Virus record (IMG/VR): IMGVR_UViG_3300042546_000155
Length of the DNA: 64,000 bases
Source: a virus
Reading direction: 5' to 3' (one strand)
Shown here: positions 7,055-17,100 of the stretch, piece by piece
Position numbering within the stretch: position 1 is the stretch's first letter
How the letters are laid out: every line of letters starts with the position of its first letter
Notes under the pieces: generated by a model
Database searches by the model: none
What the model saw: only the letters and a program-made list of their open reading frames with translations
Told to the model about the DNA's origin: nothing
Made by a program: the position numbers and the translations under genes

Positions 7055-9238
7055 TTACGCTACTTTCTTGGAATGACCAGCAATCCGTTCCACAAACTGG
7101 CGCAAAAGAACACGGTTTACCGTCTTTTTCTGGGCAAACTTGGAGAAAGCGGAAGCCATCTTTTTGACGGTCATTTTCTTATCACCGGAGTTATCGATTT
7201 CCAGATTGTTCTCCGTGTCTTTCATGGCAGAGGTGTTGATGATATAATACTCATCATAGCCCGCACTCTTGACAGGATAGTATTTGTTGTCACTCCAGTA
7301 TTTACGAGCCTTCGTAAAGGCATCGGGATTGCCATTAGAGATACCATACTCGTTATCAATACGCTTGAAGTTATTGTAGTCGTAAAGAAAGAAGCCGACG
7401 AGATTGCAGCCGGTGCTATCTTTTAGAATACGCAGCAGCGTATTGGTGTTTTCACGAGTGGCACTCCAATGATGAGGATACCAATCGTAAGTCTTATTGG
7501 TGATCGGATCGACATAGAAATAACGAGTGTTATGCCCCTTTGTAAAGTTGCGAGGTTCGTTGGAGTTTTCAATACCAGCAGAACCATTCGACTCGCCATC
7601 GGTGAGCCAAACAACATTCGTGATTTCCAGCTTGTTACGAGTCGTAAACTCACGGATGACCTTGGGTGCAATCATGATTGCATCATTAAGCGGGGTACCG
7701 CCCATTGTGTCACTCGCAAGATAATGACCCATACCAGCAGCCCAAAGGAACGACATTGCGAAATTCATTTCCTGAATGTTCATTCGGGAAGAGAGGAAGT
7801 TGCGCAATACCAAGCGGGAGCCTTTAATCACATTCTGCTTACCGATGTAAGAGAACGGATTATCAGCACCAGAATCCTTGAAGCCATAGACCTCGAAAGG
7901 CACACCAATCTGCTTACAGAACAGGGTAAGCGAAAACAACTGCTTCAAAGTCTCTTGAAGGTTGTAATGCATAGAACCGGACCAGTCAATGAACATAACA
8001 AAGCCATGGTTCTTACCCTTAGGCGTAGTAGCAAGACGACGGAAGATATCGTCGTTATACTTGTAAGAATGAAGCTTGTTGGTGTCGATAACACCAGTCT
8101 TAGCCACATTGATACGAGCATAAAGTTCGGCAGCCTTACGCTGTTCAAACTCCTTGACCATGAAAGAGATTGTTTCTTTCTCTTTCATTTTCCACTGGGT
8201 CATAAGACGACGGCAATCATCAAATGCCGCATTGCTAAGAGGCGTAGCATAAGGCGACTTTTTATTGCCAGAAAGTTCATCACGCCAATCTTTGATAACG
8301 ACCTTATAGTCATTAACAGCCTTATCCCAATTGACATTAGGCATTGTCAGATAAACGAAAGTGGAGTTTTCGTTCTTAACAATTTCCTCAGACTTACGCT
8401 GCCAAGTTTCATCAGTCTCGGAGCGAGGAGCATTAGAAGGAGCCTCTGACTGACCAGCGCCCTTACCGAAGCCACCAGCACCCGAAGACTCGCCTTCGCT
8501 TCTTACACCCTGGCTTTTGCCGTTTTCATCTCCATCACCTTCATCACCATCAATTTCCTCATAATCAAGGTCGTCAAGATCAACATCATCATCACCTTCT
8601 CCTGCAATTAGGTCGATTTCCATTTCATTTTGTTCTTCGAGTTTCTTCTTACAATAGGCGTAAATTTCCTCAGTAAGAGAAACAACATCATCCCAAGTTT
8701 CAGCGTTTTCAACTTTCTTGAGAAGAACCTTTTCTTCGGAAGAGAAGGTAATATTCATATGCACATTACCACCCTTGAAATAGATATTCAAGCGGTCGAT
8801 AAAGTTCATTGAATTGATATCACGGTTAGCGGTACCGAAAAAGTCACGCTCAACCAGTTCTTTGTAGCCAGCAAGATAGTTGCGACGGCAGCCAGGATAA
8901 CGGCGCTTTTGACGCTTATCAATACGAGCATCCTCGATAACATTCAAGAAGCCTTGAACGGTACGACGGAGAGCCTCGGAGACTTTCTCACCAGGAAAAA
9001 TCTTAGCAGCAAGATCATCGGCAGTCTGCTTATAAACATCGGCAGACGGAGTATCAAGAGCATGACCAGTTTCATGAACCAGCAAAAGGTCCTCAAGGTC
9101 ATTAGAGATACCCTGCCAGATGGGCAGCATAAGGACACGGTTCTTAAGGTCAAACATAGCCGTCTTAAGCGCCGGGTTGCGCTGGACGGTGATGTTTTCC
9201 GTAGCGAGGAGTTTAGCAAGAAGCGACTTATCCGACAT
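7055..9238 (-). CDS. CobT-like protein: N-terminal HExxH metallopeptidase-like domain, acidic linker, C-terminal VWA domain
   Basis: HETGH, NVIEDARID, acidic linker, MIDAS DWSGS, GGTPL, WLTDGE. Start is probably ATG 9238. Confidence 0.85.
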   Translation of the reverse strand: MSDKSLLAKLLATENITVQRNPALKTAMFDLKNRVLMLPIWQGISNDLEDLLLVHETGHALDTPSADVYKQTADDLAAKIFPGEKVSEALRRTVQGFLNVIEDARIDKRQKRRYPGCRRNYLAGYKELVERDFFGTANRDINSMNFIDRLNIYFKGGNVHMNITFSSEEKVLLKKVENAETWDDVVSLTEEIYAYCKKKLEEQNEMEIDLIAGEGDDDVDLDDLDYEEIDGDEGDGDENGKSQGVRSEGESSGAGGFGKGAGQSEAPSNAPRSETDETWQRKSEEIVKNENSTFVYLTMPNVNWDKAVNDYKVVIKDWRDELSGNKKSPYATPLSNAAFDDCRRLMTQWKMKEKETISFMVKEFEQRKAAELYARINVAKTGVIDTNKLHSYKYNDDIFRRLATTPKGKNHGFVMFIDWSGSMHYNLQETLKQLFSLTLFCKQIGVPFEVYGFKDSGADNPFSYIGKQNVIKGSRLVLRNFLSSRMNIQEMNFAMSFLWAAGMGHYLASDTMGGTPLNDAIMIAPKVIREFTTRNKLEITNVVWLTDGESNGSAGIENSNEPRNFTKGHNTRYFYVDPITNKTYDWYPHHWSATRENTNTLLRILKDSTGCNLVGFFLYDYNNFKRIDNEYGISNGNPDAFTKARKYWSDNKYYPVKSAGYDEYYIINTSAMKDTENNLEIDNSGDKKMTVKKMASAFSKFAQKKTVNRVLLRQFVERIAGHSKKVA

Positions 9239-9263
9239 ATGTGTTCCTTTCACGATTTTCATA

Positions 9264-9292
9264 AGTATAGCAAATCAGGCCGGGTTTGTCAA
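9264..9292 (-). promoter_or_regulatory. sigma70-type early promoter for the VWA gene
   Basis: TTGACA (9292-9287), 17-nt spacer, TATACT (9269-9264). Confidence 0.85.
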
Positions 9293-9302
9293 GTCCTAAT
9301 GG

Positions 9303-9315
9303 AATCAATCACTTA
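9303..9315 (+). promoter_or_regulatory. IHF-consensus-like site
   Basis: AATCAATCACTTA matches WATCAANNNNTTR; 10 nt upstream of the -35 box. Confidence 0.5.
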
Positions 9316-9445
9316 CGAAGATATACATATAGCCAAGAAACGGAATAGATCAGAATGTAAACGGCAGCGACCATTAGGAAAACTTCCGCAATCTCACCGG
9401 TATGCTTAAGCTTATCAAAATCGAAATAGTTAGGGGTATAATGCA

Positions 9446-11062
9446 TCATTTAACCTTTCTGAAAACGAAAACGGGTTCATATTTCAGCATGATCTTTTTG
9501 CCATTGTTTTCAATCTGACAAAAGTTTTTCATCTTGCCTTCAAGGATGACTTCCGTTTCTTCTTCGCCGGTAATAGGGTTGATTGTTACCTTTTCACCAG
9601 TCTCAACCATTCTGTTTCCGCCCGGCATTTGAGCAAGAGCCATCTTTAGAGTTCCGACATATTCCATTCCCAACTCTTTTAATATATTACAGGAATCTTC
9701 CTCTAATGTCAATAGCTTCCCATCAAATGCAGCATCAGCAATGTTCCAAAGAAGATAACGATCCGGTCGTAGGTAGCTAACGGCAGTCTCCAGAGTAGGT
9801 CGTAGAAAACCATCAACCCAATCCTCATATTGCGAAAACTTGTGACAAGATTGTTCGGGATCATCCGAATAGACCTCTTTTGCAAAATAAGGTGGTGAAG
9901 TGAACACCATATCAAGCTTGCCCTTATACTTTTGAAAGCCAGGCTGAAACTGTGCTACCTCAGACCCACACTGAAAAATCTCATATGTGTGTGACTTAGG
10001 GAACAGACTGCCATTCTCTCTTACATTCTCATTGAAGAAATCTGCCACTTCATGGTACTTAGTGCGACCAGGAGTAGTGTTATGGTCTGTATTAGGATCA
10101 GTACCAATGTAATGAATCGTTCTCTTGTCATCTACAGACATAGCTCCTACGATACGACCTGCCCAACCACTAGAAGGATCCCAAATGTTGATTACATCTT
10201 GATCCTTGATATGATCAGTGAAACGCTCATAAAGATAACGAGCGGTGAGTGGTGGATAGTTCACCGCATACTGACAGAAAGACACTCTAAATGATTTAAG
10301 ACCTAGAGGGAATATCTTCTGTCCTAGTTTGAATAGACGAATGGTGTATGCATTGGTCTTGTTACGATCAACATTGGTGCGACAACGCTCTGGTACCTTA
10401 TCAGCATAATCAGCGTCCACAATCACATTCTGTTTCTTGCCTAGAGTAGCAGAATAGCCTGTGTAAACCTTATCTTCTTTGATAGGGCAAAGCCAGTAGT
10501 CCCAACCTTCTTTGTCTTTCATAAACTCAATAAACTGGTCAGCAGACTCAACATGATATGGAATGTTGTTTATGCGTCCGGTATCACCAATGCTAATAGG
10601 ATTGGAATAATGGTAAAAAGAGTCACGCTTAAAGTGTCTAGAGGCATAAGTAACGAAGGTGTCCAGATAGTCATCATCAGCAAAATAATCATAGATCGAC
10701 TTAGCCTTGCCTTTTGTTGAATATGAAATGCCCGTCTTCATCATGGTAGGGAACCATTGATTGACAGCATTGCCTACTACAGAGGTGTTACGAATAACAT
10801 CTTTCTCACCTGTGCGAAGGTCGAGCGTTTCAAACTCATGAACTGGAAATGAAACCATCTTCTGAAAGTTATCAACTATACCATCTTTGGTAAAACCCAC
10901 ACGAGGAGGAATGCCTTCTTCATCCCATAAGCGCACAACCTCTTTACGCATATCAATGACCCACTGACGAAACTCATCATTGGTCATCCATAGCAGTTCT
11001 TCAAATGTCTTATTGACAGGAGAGTTTAGTAACTGGTCATTGCGTTCATAAAACCATTGCAT
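9446..11062 (-). CDS. SAM-dependent amino-methyltransferase (N4C/N6A-type DNA MTase-like)
   Basis: WDPSSGWAGR (SAM-binding motif I), YIGTDPN, FTSPPYF (motif IV), YEPVFVFRK. Confidence 0.8.
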   Translation of the reverse strand: MQWFYERNDQLLNSPVNKTFEELLWMTNDEFRQWVIDMRKEVVRLWDEEGIPPRVGFTKDGIVDNFQKMVSFPVHEFETLDLRTGEKDVIRNTSVVGNAVNQWFPTMMKTGISYSTKGKAKSIYDYFADDDYLDTFVTYASRHFKRDSFYHYSNPISIGDTGRINNIPYHVESADQFIEFMKDKEGWDYWLCPIKEDKVYTGYSATLGKKQNVIVDADYADKVPERCRTNVDRNKTNAYTIRLFKLGQKIFPLGLKSFRVSFCQYAVNYPPLTARYLYERFTDHIKDQDVINIWDPSSGWAGRIVGAMSVDDKRTIHYIGTDPNTDHNTTPGRTKYHEVADFFNENVRENGSLFPKSHTYEIFQCGSEVAQFQPGFQKYKGKLDMVFTSPPYFAKEVYSDDPEQSCHKFSQYEDWVDGFLRPTLETAVSYLRPDRYLLWNIADAAFDGKLLTLEEDSCNILKELGMEYVGTLKMALAQMPGGNRMVETGEKVTINPITGEEETEVILEGKMKNFCQIENNGKKIMLKYEPVFVFRKVK

Positions 11063-12023
11063 TTAGCATTCCTTCAAACTGTGCATAATATTGGTCAGGC
11101 GTCTTGAGGACGGTAAAAAGTTTGTTCTCAATTTCTTCGAAGTGATCAATATACTCTAAACTGTGATACTTGTCAAGATACTCATCGAATGATCTTACCC
11201 TCTGCCAATCGGTAGCGACAAAGGTTTTATCTTCGTCATAGTTATCCCAGACAAAGGGAAAGATGCCACATGCAACGGCTTCAACATATCTTGAGGTTGT
11301 TGCTTTAGGATCCATCCAGTTAAAGCATAATGTGGACCGTGAAAGCAATAGAGTAGGAAGAATGTCTTTCATCTTACCCCATCTTTGGTCTCTCTTGAAA
11401 CCATGAAAACGACCAATGAACCATGTATCAAGGTCGCTCTTATGAATCTGTTTTAGAATTGTATGGCGCTGGTCGCCTGATAGCTTACCATCAATTGTCT
11501 TGCGCTTGTCCGAACCCCAATATACAAAGTCAATCGTCTTCTCATCATGAGGGAAAAGAAAACTATGGTTCTTGATGAAACGATATTTCATACCATGAAC
11601 ATTACCAAAGTCACATTCATCAATCGTCTCATATGTAATGTTCATATTAGGGAAGACTTTAGTTCTGTATAGTTCTTCATCGTCACGGCGATCTGACCGT
11701 AGAATGATGACCTTCTTGCCTTCAAAGTATGGTTTGATTGTCTCAAGATGCTCATTAGATCGTTTCAAATCTAATGTGTGAATAGCACCAGGGATCCAAT
11801 AAGTGAACTCTGCTTCACTGGGTATGATGATAATGTCTGCATTTTTGATTGCTTCTGGTTCACGACGAGGCTTCATGTTGAAACCGAAATTGTAATAATA
11901 CCATTCATGCTCAGGATGATTGCGCACATACAACTTTAGCAACTCAAAGAATGAGTCCATGATATGTTCCAACGGAACGATATAGTTAGCCGAAGAACGG
12001 AGACGACAAATACAAATCTTCAT
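11046..12023 (-). CDS. GT-B fold glycosyltransferase, T4 beta-glucosyltransferase-like
   Basis: MKICICR N-terminal strand, IDFVYWGSDKR, T.RYVEAVACG..PFV...YD. Start at 12023 via ATGA overlap. Confidence 0.6.
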   Translation of the reverse strand: MKICICRLRSSANYIVPLEHIMDSFFELLKLYVRNHPEHEWYYYNFGFNMKPRREPEAIKNADIIIIPSEAEFTYWIPGAIHTLDLKRSNEHLETIKPYFEGKKVIILRSDRRDDEELYRTKVFPNMNITYETIDECDFGNVHGMKYRFIKNHSFLFPHDEKTIDFVYWGSDKRKTIDGKLSGDQRHTILKQIHKSDLDTWFIGRFHGFKRDQRWGKMKDILPTLLLSRSTLCFNWMDPKATTSRYVEAVACGIFPFVWDNYDEDKTFVATDWQRVRSFDEYLDKYHSLEYIDHFEEIENKLFTVLKTPDQYYAQFEGMLNAMVL

Positions 12024-12826
12024 CCTGCTACATTCCATACCAGACAAGGCTCTTTTCGGGAGTGTCCTTCGTGATATTCTTTCATGACATGCCATACCTT
12101 TGCATCATAGGTAGGTGCAGAAGGATAAGGCGGTGTATGTTCTTTCTTCACTGGCTTGTCAAACTTGTATGGCGACTTGTGCAGTATGGCACGCCCGATT
12201 TCTCTAGGGCCCATTGTATGTCCTACAGATACCACATGAACTTCTGCATCAGGCCATGCAAGTTGCAATGCTCTCGTTAGAGTGCCAGATGATCCTACGG
12301 ACCAGACCTCTTTGGGAGAAACCGCAATAGAACGAGCAACACGAATAATACAAGCAATCGAGGTAGGGTGTTCAACACCAATTGGAAGTAATGCTCTTTC
12401 GTCAGGCAATTCTGCAACATAGTCTTTAGCCCTCTTTTGCGTAACCGGAAGCATACCGTTCGGGACCCAATGATATTCACCGCCAAGTTCAATGCCACGC
12501 TTTTGATACTCATGTAATTTATCCATCGATCTTTCTGCCATAAAGATTACGGCTTTTTTGTTATAACGATTGCAAATGAAGGGGAGGGAGATTTGAGCAT
12601 AGCCAGTTGCAGGCGATGATCCATACACCCACTCTTTTATGTTTGCATATTCAGTCGCATGACCAATAAGATAGTCACCGGCTCTCGCCTTAGAACCAAC
12701 AGAAAGAAGGTCATCACGAACAACATGATAACCTTCGTGTTCTACAATCACTGGTGCAGGATTGGGATCAACCCAATTGCCGATTAGGCTTAGATAGTCT
12801 TCTGCTGTTTCATTGTATAGCGTCAT
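12020..12826 (-). CDS. PLP-dependent enzyme (fold type II, ACC deaminase/D-cysteine desulfhydrase-like)
   Basis: VVRDDLL..GSKAR (PLP lysine), VGSSGT phosphate loop, PTYDAK, WNVAG. Confidence 0.8.
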   Translation of the reverse strand: MTLYNETAEDYLSLIGNWVDPNPAPVIVEHEGYHVVRDDLLSVGSKARAGDYLIGHATEYANIKEWVYGSSPATGYAQISLPFICNRYNKKAVIFMAERSMDKLHEYQKRGIELGGEYHWVPNGMLPVTQKRAKDYVAELPDERALLPIGVEHPTSIACIIRVARSIAVSPKEVWSVGSSGTLTRALQLAWPDAEVHVVSVGHTMGPREIGRAILHKSPYKFDKPVKKEHTPPYPSAPTYDAKVWHVMKEYHEGHSRKEPCLVWNVAG

Positions 12827-13025
12827 CTTTGCTCACTAGTTCAAAAGCATCCTCAGGGAATGTTTTATTTGGTTGCTGACCGATAAGTGTTACAATACCA
12901 GCGTCGGCAATCATCTTGTCTATTATGTATATCTCATCTATTAGAAGTTCACGATTGACATAAGGAAAGCCTGGCTTCAATCTTACAACATCACCAGACT
13001 TAAATGTGTTAAAGTCAACTTTCAC
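12810..13025 (-). CDS. Small SH3-like hypothetical protein
   Basis: FKSGDVVRLK...FPEDAFELV; overlapped with neighbours. Confidence 0.6.
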   Translation of the reverse strand: MKVDFNTFKSGDVVRLKPGFPYVNRELLIDEIYIIDKMIADAGIVTLIGQQPNKTFPEDAFELVSKDDAIQ

Positions 13026-13198
13026 TTCCAGCGATCCTTAATCTCTTTCACCCGCTCATTCATAAATGTTTCTAGAATCTCACGAACATTGTCATACTTA
13101 GGATTGTTTCTCACATGATATAATTCTAGGGTATAAGCAGAGAGAACAAGTTGTTCATGCGAGTAGTGGTGGGTCTTGTGCGGGTCTGGTTTTTCCAT
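13022..13198 (-). CDS. Hypothetical protein
   Basis: Probable start MEKPDPHK at a TAATG overlap. Confidence 0.55.
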   Translation of the reverse strand: MEKPDPHKTHHYSHEQLVLSAYTLELYHVRNNPKYDNVREILETFMNERVKEIKDRWK

Positions 13199-13437
13199 TA
13201 GTGAAATGCTCCTGTTTTGATTAGGCCAGAGACATAGATTAAAGTAATCACCAACTGGATTATGATTAACGACCACTTACGCCATGATAGAGCAACAACA
13301 AGCCATCCTAGATTACCTGCCATTGATAGATAGACATTAAGCGGGTATATGTTTACAGAGGTTAAATAGGCACCACACAATAGAATTGCTGTTGATGCCC
13401 ACTCAAATACAAACTCAACTTGCTTCGGCACAGACAT
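13198..13437 (-). CDS. Small 3-TM membrane protein (PnuC/SemiSWEET-like half unit)
   Basis: EWASTAILLCGAYLTS..YPLN...GNLGWLVVALSWRKWSL; three hydrophobic helices. Confidence 0.6.
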   Translation of the reverse strand: MSVPKQVEFVFEWASTAILLCGAYLTSVNIYPLNVYLSMAGNLGWLVVALSWRKWSLIIIQLVITLIYVSGLIKTGAFH

Positions 13438-13525
13438 TTACATCACCCATTTGCGAGAGTCCGGTCCACAGATTATCTATGTTATAGGTATAATACCCAA
13501 AGGGAGTATTAACAATGGTAATCAT
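13415..13525 (-). CDS. Small hypothetical protein (36 aa)
   Basis: MITIVNTPFGYYTYNIDNLWTGLSQMGDVNVCAEAS, preceded by a GAAAGGAA RBS. Confidence 0.4.
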   Translation of the reverse strand: MITIVNTPFGYYTYNIDNLWTGLSQMGDVNVCAEAS

Positions 13526-13560
13526 ATCGATTCCTTTCATTGATGATCTATCATAGATGA

Positions 13561-15285
13561 TCAACCCTCTTTTGTCAAGGTGCTAAAGTTCTTTACCTTC
13601 TCAAACTTGATAGTTCTTTCAAATCTATCAATCATTGTGTCCTTATGGGAAATGACAAACACATTAGTTCCTTCATGTCCGATATCCCACATGATACGGA
13701 TAAACTCATCAATACCGCTAGAGTCCATAGCACGATCTAGTATCTCATCGAACACAAGGATATTGACATTGACACTATTCTTTAGTTTGGCAATCTGTCG
13801 CCATGTTAGAAGAATAGCAAGGTCAATTCTTAACTTCTCTCCTTCTGAGAAATTGTGGTATGAGAACTCGTCTCGGTATCTAGACTTGATAGATTCTTCG
13901 AATGACTCATTGATATTAAAGTTGACGAAGAAGCCAAGTTTTGCAAGATACTTGTTGATGTGTTTGTTAATGATGGGTAGATACTGCTTAATGATCTTAG
14001 TTTTGATTCCACCATCTTTGAGTAGAGTAGTAGCGAGGTCGATGTATTGACGCTCATCTAAAAGGGTCTCCTTCTCCTTTTGGAGGGTGGAAATATCATG
14101 TTGCACTGTTTCAAGTTGTCGTTCTGACTCTTGGGTGGTTTTATCTGACCCAGAGAAGGATTCAATCTGCTCAACAACTTGGCGCAGATTATTAGCAATA
14201 TTGTTATAGGAAGACTTAGCAGATGCCAAGTCCATCTTAAGGATGTTGATGTTAGTAAGGATCTTTTCAATCTCATCGATTTCCGTTAGAACCGAGTCAA
14301 TCTGCTTTTCAACTTTATTTAGTCCGTCGGAAAGTTCATTGATCTTAACATCATTATCTTCGATCATCTTTTTTGAAAACTCAGGATCAATATCCTGACG
14401 ACAAGTCGGACATGTGCCTGTAGCTGCAAAGAAGTCAATGTCTTTGACATACTTATCACGATTAGCTTCCATCTTTGCTCTGAAAGATAGTAGCTTAGAA
14501 TGCTTAGACTTAAAAGGTGATAGATCAAGATCCTTTTCAAGAGCCTTCTCTAGCAAGACTTGACGATTAGCCACACCTTGCTTTTCAATAGCAACCTGTT
14601 CCTCTAGGCCCTGCTTCTTTGCTTCTAGTTCTCTTAGCTTTTCTTCACTGTTGGCCTTGAGTGAAGCGAGAGTCTTTTCGATATAAGACTTGTTTTCATC
14701 CTTAGATGTTAGAATGACACGGTTCTTCTCCAAACCTTCACGATTAGCCTGTAGTCTATTCTTAACCACGGTTGACATGGCTGTAAAGATTTGAATGTCT
14801 AGAAGGTCTTCAATAACTGCACGGCGATCATTAGCTGATAGCTGCATGAATGGAACGAACGATGCCGAGCCGAGGATGACCACCTGTGTAAAGGACTTGA
14901 AGTTCATCTTAAGGATATGCTTCTCAAGATATTCTTGATAATCCTTCGCAGCGGCATCTTGATTCAACATGACACCATCACAATAGATTTGAAAGAGATT
15001 TGGTTTTGCACCACGAACAACTTTATATCTTTTGTTGTTTATGGAAAACTCAATCTCAACCTCACAGTTCTTATTGTTGATAGAGTTTACAACATTACCC
15101 TTGTTCACCTTACGAAAAGGCTTACCGAATAGCACAAAAGTCAATGCGTCGAGGAAGGTTGACTTCCCCGACCCATTGTGGCCCATGATTAGAGTATTCT
15201 TGTGCGTATCTAGTTCAATTTCTGTCCATACATTACCTGCGGACAGAAAATTCTTCCACTTGACATAATGAAAAGTTATCATCAA
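13561..15285 (-). CDS. gp46: Recombination endonuclease subunit (Rad50/SbcC-like)
   Basis: [22 protein letters not shown] zinc hook, FSEGEK signature, VFDEILD, VISH. Confidence 0.97.
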   Translation of the reverse strand: MMITFHYVKWKNFLSAGNVWTEIELDTHKNTLIMGHNGSGKSTFLDALTFVLFGKPFRKVNKGNVVNSINNKNCEVEIEFSINNKRYKVVRGAKPNLFQIYCDGVMLNQDAAAKDYQEYLEKHILKMNFKSFTQVVILGSASFVPFMQLSANDRRAVIEDLLDIQIFTAMSTVVKNRLQANREGLEKNRVILTSKDENKSYIEKTLASLKANSEEKLRELEAKKQGLEEQVAIEKQGVANRQVLLEKALEKDLDLSPFKSKHSKLLSFRAKMEANRDKYVKDIDFFAATGTCPTCRQDIDPEFSKKMIEDNDVKINELSDGLNKVEKQIDSVLTEIDEIEKILTNINILKMDLASAKSSYNNIANNLRQVVEQIESFSGSDKTTQESERQLETVQHDISTLQKEKETLLDERQYIDLATTLLKDGGIKTKIIKQYLPIINKHINKYLAKLGFFVNFNINESFEESIKSRYRDEFSYHNFSEGEKLRIDLAILLTWRQIAKLKNSVNVNILVFDEILDRAMDSSGIDEFIRIMWDIGHEGTNVFVISHKDTMIDRFERTIKFEKVKNFSTLTKEG

Positions 15286-17066
15286 AACTCTCTTGTTGGA
15301 ATCTTACCCTCTAGTAGATCGGAGATTTCTTCACCCGATAGAGTTTCGTATTCTAACAGACCATTAGCAAGTTTGTCAAGGTCTTTTCTTTTCTCTGTAA
15401 GGATTTTCTTAGCAGTAAGATATCCTTCTTCAACAAGCCGCTTGATTTCCATATCGACTACCTTCTGAGTTTCTTCGGCAATCTTTGGTGCATGGAACAT
15501 ATCTGCACCTGGTGTTGAGTATGCCATACGACCTAGAACAGGAGAGAAACCATACTCGGTGACCATAGAACGAGCAAGTTGAGTTGCCATCTGAATGTCA
15601 CCAGATGCACCAGAAGATACCTTGTCATCACCAAAGATCATTTCTTCTGCTACACGACCACCCATAGCCATTGCTAGATTGGCGATCATTTCATCATAGT
15701 GCATGGAGATTTTATCTCGCTCTGGTAGGGACTGAACCATACCCAAAGCACGACCACGAGGAATGATTGTTGCTTTGTGAATTGGAACAGAACCAGGCAT
15801 GTTAAGAGAGACTAGAGCATGACCAGCTTCGTGATATGCAGTCATCTTCTTTTCTTCGTCAGTCATCATTAGTGAACGACGCTCAGGACCCATAAGGATC
15901 TTATCACGAGCATCTTCAAACTCCATACTAGTAACGATACGCTTTGATCTTCTAGCAGCAAGCAAAGCCGCTTCATTGACTAGATTAGCAAGGTCAGCAC
16001 CAGAGAAGCCAGGTGTTCCCTTTGCAACTCGCTTTAGATCAACATCAGAACCAATTGGAACCTTGCGAGTATGAACCTTAAGGATCTTTTCACGACCAAT
16101 AAAGTCTGGGTTAGGAACTTGAATCTGACGATCAAAACGACCAGGGCGCAATAGAGCCTTATCTAGAACATCTGCACGGTTTGTAGCAGCGACAATGATA
16201 ATGCCTTCATTAGTTTCAAAGCCATCCATTTCAACTAGCATAGCGTTTAGTGTTTGATCACGCTCATCATTACCTGATATACCGTTTGCTCTTGAACGAC
16301 CAACAGCATCGATTTCGTCAATGAAGATAATGCATGGTGCATTCTTCTTTGCTTGTTCAAACATATCTCTAACACGACTAGCACCAACGCCGACGAACAT
16401 TTCAACGAAGTCGGAACCAGAGATAGAGAAGAAAGGAACATTTGCTTCACCAGCAACCGCTCTTGCTAACAGTGTCTTACCTGTTCCTGGAGGTCCGACG
16501 AGTAGAACACCCTTTGGAATCTTTCCACCAAGTCTATGAAACTTTTCTGGTGATTGTAGAAACTCTACAACCTCTTGCAAGTCTTCTTTGGCATGATCAA
16601 CACCAGCAACATCATCGAATGTTACCTTAGTCTGATTTTCAGTAAGAAGTTTGGCCTTAGACTTACCAAGTCCCATAACACCGCCCGGACCTCCGGCTCG
16701 ACCTCGTGATAGAAAAATCCATAGTGCGAAGAATAGGAAAACAGGAAGTAGATTGATCAATAGACCAAACCAAAAATTACCTTGTTCTTCTTTAACTGTG
16801 ATATTTACTTTGTGCTGTTCAAGGCGAGGGAGTAGATTACTAACTCCGGTGACTGTGGTGGTGAACTGTCGGTTATCCATATAATGTCCGACAACTTCGG
16901 TTCCTATAATTGTTACATCATGAACTCTTCCAGCATCGACTTGTGCAATAAAGTCACTGTAGCCGATTTCACTGATTGCTTTCTGTTTAGGATTATCAAA
17001 CATAAAGGCAACTAGACCGATGGTCAGTCCAATAAGTATAATCCATGGTAAATTCTTTTTAATCAT
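15282..17066 (-). CDS. ftsH: ATP-dependent zinc metalloprotease FtsH
   Basis: Two TM helices, [17 protein letters not shown] pore loop, [37 protein letters not shown]. Confidence 0.97.
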   Translation of the reverse strand: MIKKNLPWIILIGLTIGLVAFMFDNPKQKAISEIGYSDFIAQVDAGRVHDVTIIGTEVVGHYMDNRQFTTTVTGVSNLLPRLEQHKVNITVKEEQGNFWFGLLINLLPVFLFFALWIFLSRGRAGGPGGVMGLGKSKAKLLTENQTKVTFDDVAGVDHAKEDLQEVVEFLQSPEKFHRLGGKIPKGVLLVGPPGTGKTLLARAVAGEANVPFFSISGSDFVEMFVGVGASRVRDMFEQAKKNAPCIIFIDEIDAVGRSRANGISGNDERDQTLNAMLVEMDGFETNEGIIIVAATNRADVLDKALLRPGRFDRQIQVPNPDFIGREKILKVHTRKVPIGSDVDLKRVAKGTPGFSGADLANLVNEAALLAARRSKRIVTSMEFEDARDKILMGPERRSLMMTDEEKKMTAYHEAGHALVSLNMPGSVPIHKATIIPRGRALGMVQSLPERDKISMHYDEMIANLAMAMGGRVAEEMIFGDDKVSSGASGDIQMATQLARSMVTEYGFSPVLGRMAYSTPGADMFHAPKIAEETQKVVDMEIKRLVEEGYLTAKKILTEKRKDLDKLANGLLEYETLSGEEISDLLEGKIPTREF

Positions 17067-17092
17067 ATCAAACTTCCTTAAGTTTATCGAAG

Positions 17093-17100
17093 TATTTATA
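17093..17100 (-). promoter_or_regulatory. T4-type late promoter upstream of ftsH
   Basis: TATAAATA overlapping the gene 47 stop, about 27 nt before the ftsH ATG. Confidence 0.6.

Noticed and set aside
5970-8449. Long plus-strand ORFs (360 aa at 5970-7052 and 326 aa at 7469-8449)
   Set aside because: They are antisense shadows of the codon-biased AAA+ and VWA genes, with no RBS or recognisable motifs.
13541-13563. Imperfect palindrome after the gene 46 stop
   Set aside because: AT-rich and weak with no U-tract; not supportable as a terminator.
15282-17066. ftsH as host contamination
   Set aside because: It has AT-rich phage-like codons, an ATGA overlap with gene 46 and the same orientation as its neighbours, so it appears integrated. 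A read-level check is still advisable.
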